DNA of 64,000 nt from an uncultured Alphaproteobacteria bacterium. GTDB lineage: Bacteria; Pseudomonadota; Alphaproteobacteria; Sphingomonadales; Sphingomonadaceae. The stretch is taken from the NCBI GenBank assembly GCA_963732535.1, contig CAVSZW010000002.1:33-64032 (forward strand). The letters are read 5' to 3'. Made by a program: the position numbers and the translations under genes. The notes beneath the pieces were generated by a model that saw only the letters and a list, made by a program, of their open reading frames with translations, searched no databases and was not told the DNA's origin. Shown here one piece after another: positions 22,630 through 33,554 of the stretch (within the stretch, counting starts at the first letter, position 1; each line of letters begins with the position of its first letter).

Positions 22630-23055
22630 TCAGGTCGCGTGTCTGGACCGATACCACATCGAGCGATCAACCGAGATTCCGACAACCATCGCCATGAGGA
22701 CAAGAATTGCCCAAACTCCGCTAAAGCGCCAATAAATCCCCATGCGGAAATCCGGCATTATGATGGATGCAAAATGGCCCGCCACGGTTAGCAGGTGGAA
22801 ACCCGCTGCCCAAATTGGCCAATATGCTTCACTTCGCAGTGCGAGGAAATAAAGTCCGCAGAAAAGTAGGAGATCAATTGCCATCACCGGCCAATGGGTT
22901 TGCGACCAGCTGCTGGTATTTTCCAAAAGCCACGTCGCCAGCGTAGCCGCCATCAGCAAAGCCGCACCAATCCGCCCGCTCTTTCCACCGGCAGATGCCG
23001 CGAAACTACAACATAGCGACAGAAGCAGCCAGAATAGTGTGGGAACTATGAGCAT
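22630..23055 (-). CDS. Hypothetical multi-pass membrane protein
   Basis: About 5 hydrophobic segments; GG..GRIGA, D-LLLF..L..LALRS..YWP.WAAGFHLL. Confidence 0.75.
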   Translation of the reverse strand: MLIVPTLFWLLLSLCCSFAASAGGKSGRIGAALLMAATLATWLLENTSSWSQTHWPVMAIDLLLFCGLYFLALRSEAYWPIWAAGFHLLTVAGHFASIIMPDFRMGIYWRFSGVWAILVLMAMVVGISVDRSMWYRSRHAT

Positions 23056-23133
23056 ATTGTTATGATGGAAATATAACATCAAAATTTGCCAAGCGCGAGT
23101 TCAATCGAAAAGTTTCAGACTTCCGTGGTGCCC

Positions 23134-23475
23134 TTAAGCCATCACAGGCTCGGACTGGCGATCTGCAATTCGGTCGAGCGAAGCATTCGGACAACCAAAA
23201 TCATAAACCGCAAGATTACTATCCTGTTTGAGCACGGTAAGGTGCCGGACGGTCGCGGCCATATCGTTGCGGCCCGCGATGATGTTGCTGATGCCGGATG
23301 CCATCGTATTGAGCAGTTTCTGGCTCGAATTGATGGGCAGATCATTGCCTTGAATGGCTTCGACCAATGTCGTGCACATCTTGAGTTCCGATAATATGGC
23401 CTCGTCTAAAGCCTTGATCGTGTCCTTTGAATCTGCAGCGACCAATGCGCCAAGATTTGCGTCAAATTTTTGCAT
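23134..23475 (-). CDS. Hypothetical helical protein (113 aa) with a YDFGCP motif near the C-terminus
   Basis: Purine-rich RBS (GGTAGGG) before ATG; heptad-like helical pattern. Confidence 0.75.
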   Translation of the reverse strand: MQKFDANLGALVAADSKDTIKALDEAILSELKMCTTLVEAIQGNDLPINSSQKLLNTMASGISNIIAGRNDMAATVRHLTVLKQDSNLAVYDFGCPNASLDRIADRQSEPVMA

Positions 23476-23539
23476 AACCCTACCATCGCGCCAGATGGGT
23501 CTGGTGCGCCTTTTATTTAGAAATGTGGAAAAAAACAGT

Positions 23540-24013
23540 TCAGCGGAAAATTGCGAATGCGCCTGCAATAACCAATGCCAGACTTAACAATGCCCCGAGA
23601 GAAAGAACTGCAACTTGAAAAACACGTATTGTTCGTTCTGCCCAACCTAAGTCATTTTTCTGCCCTCCCAATGGCGGAAGCGCAAATACGTGCTTGCCCC
23701 AATGGGCTTGTACGCCTGCCACCGCTTCGGGTTGCATGGTGCGTTGATTGTGGGAATTCGCAAGTGTCGCCGATTGACTAGGCATTTTCTGCCTATCCAA
23801 TGACGATGAAAGTTTCCGTGCCGCCGCCGCGCGGCTGGGCGCATCCAGCACCTGCATCGCCGCCAATATGTGGTTGTCAATTGTCGAAGGCGAAAGGCCC
23901 AGCTGGCGGCCGATTTCTTTTGAGGTAAAACCTTGTGCGACCAGCGACAGGCAATCAATCTGACGGTCTGTAAGACGATCTAGCCGTTCATTATCGGGCA
24001 CAAGATAAATCAT
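23540..24013 (-). CDS. LuxR-type HTH regulator with a C-terminal transmembrane helix
   Basis: LTDRQIDCL.LVAQG.TSKEIG..LGLSPSTIDNHI; linker LPPLGG; hydrophobic C-terminus. Confidence 0.85.
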   Translation of the reverse strand: MIYLVPDNERLDRLTDRQIDCLSLVAQGFTSKEIGRQLGLSPSTIDNHILAAMQVLDAPSRAAAARKLSSSLDRQKMPSQSATLANSHNQRTMQPEAVAGVQAHWGKHVFALPPLGGQKNDLGWAERTIRVFQVAVLSLGALLSLALVIAGAFAIFR

Positions 24014-24174
24014 ATTGGAAATTGCGAAGACGCCCCTTTTGCTTTCGAAACTTTCCGGAATTCAGTTTATCAGTGACAGCGGCATTAATAATGTCAATGC
24101 GCCGTAAATTGCAACATTTTTACAGAATCCCGAATTGAACTGCATTGGAGTAAAATTTAGTGGCAGAGTCAGAC

Positions 24175-25404
24175 ATGACGAAAACGGGATTGGCTATGAT
24201 CGCAAAAAGGCCTGCATCGGCATTGCGGTCCTTTCTGGACAGCGAAGCGGCGGGTGGCCTGATCCTGATCGCCGTCTCTGCGCTCGCGTTGTTCTTGGCC
24301 AATTCAATATGGGCTGATTCCTATTTCCATTTTATCCACGCCGTCACCGGTCCGATCCTGTCTCCTAATATTGGGGCAATGACGGTCCATCTTTGGATCA
24401 ATGACGCCTTGATGGCGGTATTTTTCCTGCTTGTAGGATTGGAGATCAAACGGGAGTTCGTGGACGGCCATTTGGCGAGCTGGACGGATCGCCGCTTGCC
24501 GGTGGTGGCCGCTGCAGCAGGAATGATCGTGCCAGCGCTGGTTTATCTGGGCTTTGTTCAGGACCATCCCGCATTGCTACGCGGCTGGGCGATCCCGGCG
24601 GCCACCGACATTGCTTTTGCCATTGGTGTCCTTGCTCTCCTCGGCAAAAAGGCGCCGACCTCGCTGAAACTGTTTCTGACAACGGTGGCCATTGTCGATG
24701 ATATGGGTGCGATTGCCATCATCGCCTTGTTTTATTCCGGCCAGATCAATGGCATTGCGCTGTTGGCTGCCGGCGCAATTTGGCTGCTCATGCTGTTTTT
24801 GAACCGGCGCGGTTTCATGATGTTGTGGCCCTATCTCTTGCTGGCCGGGCTGCTGTGGTATGCAATGCTGTTGTCGGGCGTTCACGCCACGATCGCAGGC
24901 GTCCTTGCAGCGATCGCCATTCCCTATCGCCGCACGCTGGCAACCCCGGATTCACCGGATTCGCCGTTGCACCGATTGGAGCATTTGCTGTCCAGGCCGG
25001 TTGCCTTTCTGATCATTCCCCTGTTCGGCTTTGCCAATGCCGGTTTGTCGCTTTCGGGGATCGGGTTGGAGCAGATATTCATGCCCCTGCCATTGGCGAT
25101 TGCGCTCGGACTTTTCGTCGGCAAACAGATCGGGATTTTCGGGAGCATTTGGCTCAGCGTCAAACTCGGCTGGGCAAAGCGCCCAAAGGATGCGAACTGG
25201 TTGCAGGTTTACGGTGTCGCCCTGCTTTGCGGCATTGGTTTCACCATGAGCCTGTTCATTGGCGGGTTGGCCTTTGATGATCCCAAGATTCAGGACATGG
25301 TGAAGCTTGGCGTGCTCATGGGGTCGGTGTTGTCGGCCATTGCGGGCTTTGCCATTTTGCGATTGGCGGCGGCAATCAAAAATCAGGGCTTTGCGAATCG
25401 ATAA
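24175..25404 (+). CDS. nhaA: Na+/H+ antiporter NhaA
   Basis: WINDALM, GLEIKRE, ATDIAFA, AIVDD, GIGFTMSLFI. Confidence 0.96.
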   Translation: MTKTGLAMIAKRPASALRSFLDSEAAGGLILIAVSALALFLANSIWADSYFHFIHAVTGPILSPNIGAMTVHLWINDALMAVFFLLVGLEIKREFVDGHLASWTDRRLPVVAAAAGMIVPALVYLGFVQDHPALLRGWAIPAATDIAFAIGVLALLGKKAPTSLKLFLTTVAIVDDMGAIAIIALFYSGQINGIALLAAGAIWLLMLFLNRRGFMMLWPYLLLAGLLWYAMLLSGVHATIAGVLAAIAIPYRRTLATPDSPDSPLHRLEHLLSRPVAFLIIPLFGFANAGLSLSGIGLEQIFMPLPLAIALGLFVGKQIGIFGSIWLSVKLGWAKRPKDANWLQVYGVALLCGIGFTMSLFIGGLAFDDPKIQDMVKLGVLMGSVLSAIAGFAILRLAAAIKNQGFANR

Positions 25405-25410
25405 GGCAAC

Positions 25411-25435
25411 AAAAAAGGGACCCGGAAAGGTCCCT
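25411..25435 (-). terminator. Terminator downstream of rpmG
   Basis: Minus strand AGGGACC-TTTCCG-GGTCCCT hairpin followed by a T run. Confidence 0.75.
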
Positions 25436-25465
25436 CGATTGTTGCCTAATCGATCAGCGAAATGC

Positions 25466-25633
25466 TTATTTGATCTTCGCTTCCTTGAACTCGACATGCT
25501 TCCGCACGACCGGATCATATTTCCGGAAAGTCAGCTTTTCCGTCAAGTTGCGCGGGTTTTTCTTGGTAACATAGAAAAAGCCGGTATCGGCGGTGCTCAC
25601 GAGCTTGATCTTGACTGTGGCTGGCTTCGCCAT
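25466..25633 (-). CDS. rpmG: 50S ribosomal protein L33
   Basis: Hand translation [55 protein letters not shown] (55 aa, below the ORF-track cutoff). Confidence 0.97.
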   Translation of the reverse strand: MAKPATVKIKLVSTADTGFFYVTKKNPRNLTEKLTFRKYDPVVRKHVEFKEAKIK

Positions 25634-25738
25634 GGCCTGTTCCTTCGGACAATCGGTTAAAATGAAAGAGGGCGACGCATCGCCGCCCCTGAATATGGCG
25701 CGCCTTTGCGGGGTGCAGGGGTAAAAGTCAAGCGATTC

Positions 25739-27065
25739 TCAAGAGCTTCCCAAATCGGCGGGCAGTACGGGTTCCGATAAAATCTTCTCCATCCGCCGCC
25801 AGCGTGTCGAGCTGTCCGGATTGCCGCGTTCGATATAGGACTTTACCAATTCCTTGCCCCAGCCATAGTTGAGCACATAGCTGCGATAATGATCGGTGAA
25901 GCCTACCTGTTGTTCGGCGCGGGCGGGGCTGAGCAATTGATATTTCTGGGTAAGCTCAAGCGCCCTTTCGCGGGTGACTTCGCCGTCGAGATACATTTTC
26001 GCAATCGTCATCCGCGCGCCGGACAGCGCCTCGGTCGCCTGTTGCAATTGCCAATAGCCTTGCGCCTTTTTCGGATCGAGCCCCGCCAGCGGATACAGCA
26101 CATCGCGCTCAAATTTCAGCCGTTCTGCCGCCGGAAAGGCCAGGTCTATCCCGTAATTGGCGCTGCCTTCGCTGATTACGCTTTGCGGAGAATAGAGCGG
26201 GTTGACCTGAAATTCTTGCCAACCTTTCCCACGCGCTAACTTGCTCTCGATCATCAGGTTCAGCACATGATGCCCCGGATAGCCTTCATGGCAACCCAGA
26301 TCGACCGCGCGGCTGATGCGGATGGGAAGATCGGTGTTGATCTGGATCAGGCTTTTGTAGTTGCCCTGATAATAATTATAGCCCGACCAAGGTTTTCCGG
26401 TGACGAATTCCATTTTGAAATTCTCGTCAGCAGGCAGCGTCATATGCGCGGCAGTGCGTTTGCGACATTCGGCGATGGCGGCATCAAACACGACCTGAAG
26501 CCGATCCTTGGGAATGACAAAACCTTCGTTGAATGCATCGACCCGCGCGGCTAGCGGCCCGCTGCCGGGGATTTCTTTTTCGAGACGGGTAAGGATCGTG
26601 TCATAAACGCTGAGCGGTTTTAGGTTGGGGACGGTCGCAAACTGCCCCTTGGCTTCATCGTTGAAGGCGAATTTCTTGCCTTCGAGCATTTGCAGCCGCG
26701 TTTCCGCCGCCACCAGCATCCCCAACAGCGCCCGCCGCCGCTGGTCAGCTTCACCCGCTGCAACTGCTGCATTGATGATCTCCGCTTTCAGCGCCTGCAC
26801 ATCGGCAAGGAGTTCGGGCTTAGTGCGCGGACGAACTTCGGCCGCCTGCTTCAATTCGGCGGGGCCATAATAGGCGTCAACCCATTCCGCTTCATGTGTT
26901 CCCGCTTCCAACGTCAAAGCGACATAGTCATCGGGCATAGGCATCGATGCCCCGAACGGTGGCGGCAACGGGTGTCGTTGCACTCTGCTCAGCAACCGTC
27001 GGGACGCAGCTTATAGCCATCAATGGGAGCAAGCTGATGACGGAAATGTGCTTGAGATTTGTCAT
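25739..27065 (-). CDS. DUF885-like putative zinc-binding lipoprotein (frameshift near the 5' end)
   Basis: HEGYPGHH and EG.A.Y motifs; lipoprotein-like leader MTNLKHISVISLLPLMAIS-C in an adjacent frame. Confidence 0.65.
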
Positions 27066-27593
27066 GGTAGTTTCTCCATATCTCGCGCAAACACCATATC
27101 GCGAAACGCCACATCGGCGACCATGAAGATGGTCTCGCCAATCTTGGCAAAGCCGTTGCGGGCATAAAAGGCGACAGCCTTTTCGTTGTTTTCATAGACC
27201 GCAAGCAACAACCGCTTGGCTTCCCTTTCGCGGGCAACGGCCAAACATTCGCCCATCAATGCCCTGCCATTGCCGCCGCCCTGCCAGCCGGGGAGGAGGT
27301 AAATGCGTTTCAATTCCCAATCGCCCGGCTGTTGCAAATTCGGGATGTTCGGGCGGGCATAGCATCGCATAGGCCACGGGCGCGCCCAGCGGGGTTTCGC
27401 CAATGATGATATCGATTTGGGATGCGGCCAGTTTGGCGGCATAAAATTCGGGGCTGTGCAGGTCCTTAAGGAATGTGATCAGCGCGGGGCCGGGATGATC
27501 GAAGGCGAAGGTATTAAGAAAGGTCGCCTGCCCCAGCAACGACAATGCTTCTTCGTCGCCGTGAACAGCGCGCCGCCAGCAGATCGGCGTCAT
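27062..27593 (-). CDS. GNAT N-acetyltransferase, PaiA-like (frameshift near 27350)
   Basis: ELKRIYL...QGGGNG..LM, VYENNEKA..FY...GF. Confidence 0.85.
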
Positions 27594-28135
27594 TCCTCGT
27601 CCGGCCCAAGCGTGGCATCCAGATCGCGCGGGCGCACGAAGCGTTTGAGATGCACCGGCCCTTTGCCGATGTCGGACCAGTTTCCAATCTCCAGCACCAG
27701 CTCGGCCAGCGCCGCCGTGGGATATTTATCCTCAACGATTTCGCGCAAGGGAGAGCTGCCATCATCGGCAACCAAATCGAGAACAATATCTTCCATCGCA
27801 GGGCAGTGGCCGACGACCAGAACGACATCATGCGCGTCATCCACTTCGCGCAACACATCGATCACCGTTGCCCCCGAAGCGAGATATATCCGCCGCTCCC
27901 ATGTCGGCTCGATCCGGCGGCCAAAGCCTGCCCAAACGCCGTCGAGCGTTTCGATCACGCGCACCGCCGGGCTGGCTATGACATGTTCAAAATTCAATCC
28001 GTTTGACGCCATCCACTGGCCCATCGCCCGCGCCGCACGTTCGCCCTTTTTGTTGAGCGGCCGATCAAAATCGCGCGGCACCGGATCGTCCCAGCCAGAT
28101 TTGGCATGGCGCAGCAAATAGAGCGTCTTGGTCAA
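27590..28135 (-). CDS. SixA-like histidine phosphatase
   Basis: LLRHAKS, DFDRPL, SPAVR, VVGH. Confidence 0.88.
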   Translation of the reverse strand: MTKTLYLLRHAKSGWDDPVPRDFDRPLNKKGERAARAMGQWMASNGLNFEHVIASPAVRVIETLDGVWAGFGRRIEPTWERRIYLASGATVIDVLREVDDAHDVVLVVGHCPAMEDIVLDLVADDGSSPLREIVEDKYPTAALAELVLEIGNWSDIGKGPVHLKRFVRPRDLDATLGPDEE

Positions 28136-30961
28136 AAAGGGATTTCCTCGTCGGCGATGCTTTCACCCATGCCCTGCACCAAATTTGTTGCAGGTGAAAG
28201 ACCGGATTTGATTCGCGCAACCGCTTCATCAAGCGTCACACGGGTAACTGGCGTCCCGGGCGGAAAAGCGGTAAGCAGGCGCGAGGGCGTCGCCGGGGAG
28301 AGCAGCACAAAATGCCCGCGATCTCCCGCTTGCCGGATCAATCGGCCAAAGGCCTGCGCCAGCCGCGCGCGGATGATGCGATCATCATAGCTGGTGCCGC
28401 CACCCGCCAGTCTGCGCGCCTTATGCAATATATCGGGGCGTGGCCAGGGGACTTGCTCCATGATGACGAGGCGGAGCGATGCTCCCGGCACATCCATGCC
28501 ATCGCGCAGGGCATCGGTTCCGAGCAGGCTGGCGCGGGGATCATCGCGAAAGATATCGATTAATGTGCCGGTATCGATTGGATCGACATGCTGGGCATAA
28601 AGCGGCAACCCTTCGCGTGCCAGCCGGTCGGCAATGCGGGCATGGACGCTTCGCAGCCGCTTGATCGCGGTGAACAGCCCGAGCGCCCCACCCTTTGATG
28701 CCGCAATCAGCGCCGAATAGGCTCCGGCAAGCGATGCCATATCTCCGCGCGGAACATCGGTGACGATCAACACTTCGGATTGGGCAGCATAGTCGAAGGG
28801 GCTGGGGGCGGAGAAATGCTCTGCCGGATGATCCAGATGCGCCGCCCCGGTGCGCGCTTCGGCATTATCCCAATCGCCGCCGCTACGGAGCGTGGCCGAG
28901 GTCGCCATCACGCCGTGCGCTTGTTTAAGCACAACCTTTGCCACCGGTTTGGTCGGATCGAGCCAATGGCGGTGGATGCCGATATCAAATTCGCGCCCTT
29001 CGCCGCGTTCAACGTTCAGCCAGTCGACAAAATCAGGATCGGCTGGGCCGCCGCCGCGGGCGAGCAACGCGATCCAGCCGTTCAATGTGTCAATGCGCCA
29101 GCCAAGGCTCGCCATCGCCCCTTCGATTCGCGCGCGGGCAGCCCCATCGAGCCAGTCGGGTGGCTCTGAGATAATCGCCTCCATACGCTGTCCCAGCACC
29201 GTCAATGGGCGGGCCAGCGCTTCGAGTGCGCTCATCAATTCGGCAATGGCGTCGATGATCGGGGCATCTAGCCCTGCATATTCGGTTTCCAAGCCATAGC
29301 CGCTTTCCGCCTGCCCCTCGTCGCGCGCGAATACGGTGGCGCGCACGGCGGATAGCAACTTTTCGGCGGGGCCGGAGGGAAAGCCCTCGGCAATCCGGGC
29401 GAGCCAGCCTTCGGAAGGCAGCGCTTCGGCCGCGATCCGGGCGTTCTCGATGGCGATACCGCCGTCTTCATCATAGCTCGCGACATCGCCGAGCCGCGCC
29501 GAAAGCCCGCGCCTGCGTCCGCGTGATTTGCCTTCGGGGCCAATCACCCAGCGTCGGATTTCGATCATCTCTGCCCCCGACAACGCCGAAGCAAAAGTGC
29601 CGTCAGCCGCATCGAACAGGTGATGGCCTTCGTCGAAGATGATCCGTGTCGGGCGGCTGGCTTCTTCACGGCCCCTTGCTGCATTGACCATCATCAGCGC
29701 ATGATTGGCGATCACGATGTCGGCCTGCACACTCGCCCGGCTTGCGCGTTCGATGAAGCATTTGCGGAAATGCGGACAACCGGCATAGATGCACTCGCCG
29801 CGCCGGTCGGTCAGCGCGGTTGCGCCATTGCGCCGGAACAATGTTGGCAGCCAACCGGGCAAGGTCTCCTCCCACCATATCGCCATCCGCCGAATAGCTG
29901 GCCCAGCGCGCGACCAGATGCGCGAGTGTTGCCGCGCGTCCGGCAAAGCCGCCTTGCAGCGCGTCTTCCAGATTGAGCAAACACAGGTAATTCTCGCGGC
30001 CCTTTCGCACGACCACCTTTTGCCGAAACTGTGCTTCATCGGGATATATCCGCTTCGCCTCGCGCAGTAATTGGCGTTGCAATGCCTTGGTATAGGTGGA
30101 AATCCACACCGCGCCGTCTGCTGCCGACGCCCAAAGCGAGGCGGGGGCGAGATAGCCCAATGTCTTGCCAATCCCCGTTCCTGCTTCGGCGAGCAGCATA
30201 TTGGGCTCGCCCTTTTTGGCGCGCGGATTGAAGATATGCGCGGCGGCCTCGGCAAAGGCACGCTGCCCCTCGCGCAATTCTGCACCCGGCCCGCGCAAAC
30301 GATCCAATTGCTGGGCGATTGCGCCGGGATCAAGCCGCACCATCGACGGGGCATTGCGCGGCGCCGCCTCGTCCCATTCGGGCAACCGTGCGAACAGCCA
30401 GCGTTCGGGCTTTTCGGGCTTGGTGAGCTGCTGCACAACCGCTTGTGCCCATGGCCAGCGCAGGCGCATCAAAGCCTGCGCCGAATCCCACGCGCCCTCG
30501 CGTTGTGGCCATGCGGGGTTTTGAAGCGTTTCGAGGAGATGTTGGGTGGCGGTTTGGAGGAAGAGGACTGTGCTATCATCCCCCCTCCCCTTCAGGGGAG
30601 GGGTTGGGGGTGGGGACTGTCCATCTGGCGCAGTGTTTGCGGAAAGTCCCCACCCCAACCCCTCCCCTGAAGGGGAGGGGCTTATCGTAATCCCAAAACC
30701 TCGCCCAAACCCTTCGCCGTCGGCACCACAAAGCGCGCAGGATGCACAAAAGCAAACAGCTCCAGCACATCCAGCCCCGACAAGTTCGGCATAGCCCAGC
30801 CGCTGCGCCATCATCGGCGCGTTCAGCATGATCATCGGCGTTTCCGCTGCCCGCGCCACCGCCTCGCCACGGCTCACCGCCCGCACCTCTCCCTCTGGCG
30901 AGGCAATCCAGATACCGGCATGGCTTGCATAGAGCGCGGGAAAGGTTAGGGGAGTGGGCAT
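28132..30961 (-). CDS. ATP-dependent DNA helicase, DinG family (several apparent frameshifts)
   Basis: EAGTGIGKT, KGRENYLC, Fe-S cysteines (CIYAGC..C), FDEGHH, TSATL, QAFGRLIR. Confidence 0.9.
30582..30680. repeat. Palindromic repeat element inside the dinG coding sequence
   Basis: Arms CCCCTCCCCTTCAGGGGAGGGGTTGGGGGTGGGGACT and AGTCCCCACCCCAACCCCTCCCCTGAAGGGGAGGGG. Confidence 0.9.
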
Positions 30962-30999
30962 TGCCGCCCAATAAGCGCATACAGAACGAAAGAGCAACA

Positions 31000-32575
31000 G
31001 TGACTGACATCCGCACAGCAGCCCTAAACTCAAAGGCATGGCCCTATGAAGAGGCGCGGCGCATCATCAAACGCTATCCGCAGGGGAAGGCGGACGGCGC
31101 TCCGATCCTGTTCGAGACCGGCTATGGCCCATCGGGCTTGCCGCATATCGGCACCTTCAACGAAGTGTTGCGGACCACGATGGTGCGCCGCGCGCTTGAG
31201 GAAATGAGCGACATGCCGACGCGGCTGGTGGCTTTTTCCGATGATATGGACGGCCTTCGCAAGGTTCCGGATAATGTGCCCAATCAGGCGATGTTGACCC
31301 AGCATCTGGGCAAGCCTTTGTCGCGCATCCCCGATCCGTTTGGAAAGTTTGACAGCTTTGCCGCCCATAATAATGCGATGTTGCGCGAATTTCTGGATCG
31401 GTTCGGCTTTGAATATGAATTTGTGTCCTCGACCAACATGTATGAGGGCGGCGCGTTTGACGATGCGTTGAAGGGCGTCCTCCGAAACTATCAAGGCATC
31501 ATGGACATCATGTTGCCGACACTGCGAGCCGAACGCGCCGCGACCTATTCGCCGGTACTGCCGGTCAGCCCGACAACGGGCGAAGTGTTGCAAGTGCCGG
31601 TGACGGTGGTTGATGCCGAGGCGGGGCTGGTGTCGTTCGAGGAAGCGGGCGAGACGATCACCCAGTCGGTATTTGGCGGGCGGGCAAAGCTGCAATGGAA
31701 GGTCGATTGGGCGATGCGCTGGGTCGCTTTGGGCGTTGATTATGAAATGTATGGCAAAGACCTGACCGATAGCGGCATCCAATCGGGCAAAATCGCGCAG
31801 GTGCTTGGCGGGCGCAAGCCCGAAGGGCTGATCTATGAAATGTTCCTTGATGAAAAGGGCGAGAAGATTTCCAAATCCAAGGGCAATGGTCTGGGGCTGG
31901 AAGATTGGCTGTCCTATGGCACCGAAGAAAGCCTTGCTTTCTATGCTTACCGCGAACCCAAAAGCGCCAAGCAGCTGCATCTGGGCGTGATCCCGCGCGC
32001 GGTGGATGAATATTTCCAGATGCGCGCTGGTTATGCCGCCCAGGAGCAAGACAAGAAGCTGGGCAATCCGGTGCACCATGTCCATGCGGCCAAGGGCGAG
32101 GCGGTGCCGGGCGAAGCGCCGCCCGTAACCTTTGGCCTGTTGCTCAATCTGGCAGGGGTGATGGGGCCGCATGCAACCGCGCCGCAAGTGTGGGGATATC
32201 TGGCCAATTATGTGCCCGATGCAACCGCCGCGACGCATCCCGAACTGGCGACGCTGATCAATCTGGCGCTGGCCTATAACCGCGATCATGTCGCGCCGAC
32301 ATTGCAACGGCGCAAGGCGGAAGGGATCGAGATTGCCGCGCTCCAGCGGCTCGATGCCGAACTCGCCCCGCTGGCCGCCGATGCCAAGGCGGAGGATATC
32401 CAGAATATCGTCTATGAAATCGGCAAAACACGGCGGATTTGAAAATCTGCGCGATTGGTTCAAGGCGCTTTATGAAACGCTGCTCGGCTCCAGCGCAGGC
32501 CCGCGCATGGGCAGCTTCATTGCGCTCTACGGGATTGAAAACAGCCGCAAGCTGATTGCCGAGGCCCTTTCATGA
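31000..32575 (+). CDS. lysS: Lysine--tRNA ligase, class I (frameshift near 32430)
   Basis: [22 protein letters not shown]; [12 protein letters not shown] in the next frame. Confidence 0.95.
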
Positions 32576-32585
32576 GTGTTGCATC

Positions 32586-33554
32586 TTGAGCGTTATTGCC
32601 GCCCGCATCTACCGGGAAGGCCGGTTGCTGTCCGAAATAGACGCGCTGGCGGCGACGCCGAAGCTGGACCAGAAGGGTGATTTTCTGTGGATCGGCCTGC
32701 ACGAACCCGATGACGATGCGCTGAACGCGATCAGCAAGAATTTTGGCTTGCACGAATTGGCGGTCGAGGATGCGCTTGATCCGCGGCATTTGCCCAAGAT
32801 GGAAAGCTATGGCGACCATCTGTTCGTCGTCGCCCGCACCGTGCATCTCGACGATGACCGGATCGCCTATGGCAACACTGCGATTTTCATCGGGCGGCAG
32901 TTCATCATCACCGTACGCCACGGCTCTGATCGAGGCCATGCTCCCGTCCGTACACAGTTGGAAGCGACGCCTTGGCTGTTAAAAAACGGACCAGATTATG
33001 TGCTCCACGCCATACTCGACTTCATCGTAGATGGATATTTCGAGGTGATCGATGTAATCGAGGAACAGGTGCTGGAGATGGAGGATCATGCGCTCGACAG
33101 TTTCCTTGATCGGCCAACGACCGCGCGGCTGTTCACGGTGCGGCGCGACCTTTTCCGGCTGCAACGGATATTGGGGCCGATGGAAGACCTCGCCAACCGC
33201 TTTATCAATATCGATTTGCCGCAGCTCGACGAGAATATCGATCCCTATTTCCGCGATCTGGCCGATCATGTCCGCCGGGTGAATTATCGCGTGGCGGGAT
33301 TGCGCGATACGTTGACATCAGTGATCGAAACCAGCGGTCTGCTCGAACAGCAACGCCAAGGCGCGATCACCCGGCAGTTGGCGGCTTGGGCGGCAATCCT
33401 TGCCGTGCCGACGGCGATTGCCGGAATTTACGGGATGAATTTTGATTTCATGCCCGAACTGCGCTGGAAATATGGCTATGCGGCTGTCTGGGGCGTGATC
33501 TTGCTGGTGTGCACGACGCTTTATGTCCGCTTCAAACGCTCCGGCTGGCTATGA
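32586..33554 (+). CDS. corA: Mg/Co transporter CorA
   Basis: LHELAVED, GIYGMNF, MPEL.W.YGY. Confidence 0.93.
   Translation: MSVIAARIYREGRLLSEIDALAATPKLDQKGDFLWIGLHEPDDDALNAISKNFGLHELAVEDALDPRHLPKMESYGDHLFVVARTVHLDDDRIAYGNTAIFIGRQFIITVRHGSDRGHAPVRTQLEATPWLLKNGPDYVLHAILDFIVDGYFEVIDVIEEQVLEMEDHALDSFLDRPTTARLFTVRRDLFRLQRILGPMEDLANRFINIDLPQLDENIDPYFRDLADHVRRVNYRVAGLRDTLTSVIETSGLLEQQRQGAITRQLAAWAAILAVPTAIAGIYGMNFDFMPELRWKYGYAAVWGVILLVCTTLYVRFKRSGWL

Noticed and set aside
31030-32463. 477-aa minus-strand ORF
   Set aside because: Antisense to lysS; typical of high-GC codon bias
32400-32575. Programmed frameshift or pseudogene at lysS
   Set aside because: Likely essential gene, and the window has many similar indels; a sequencing error is more parsimonious
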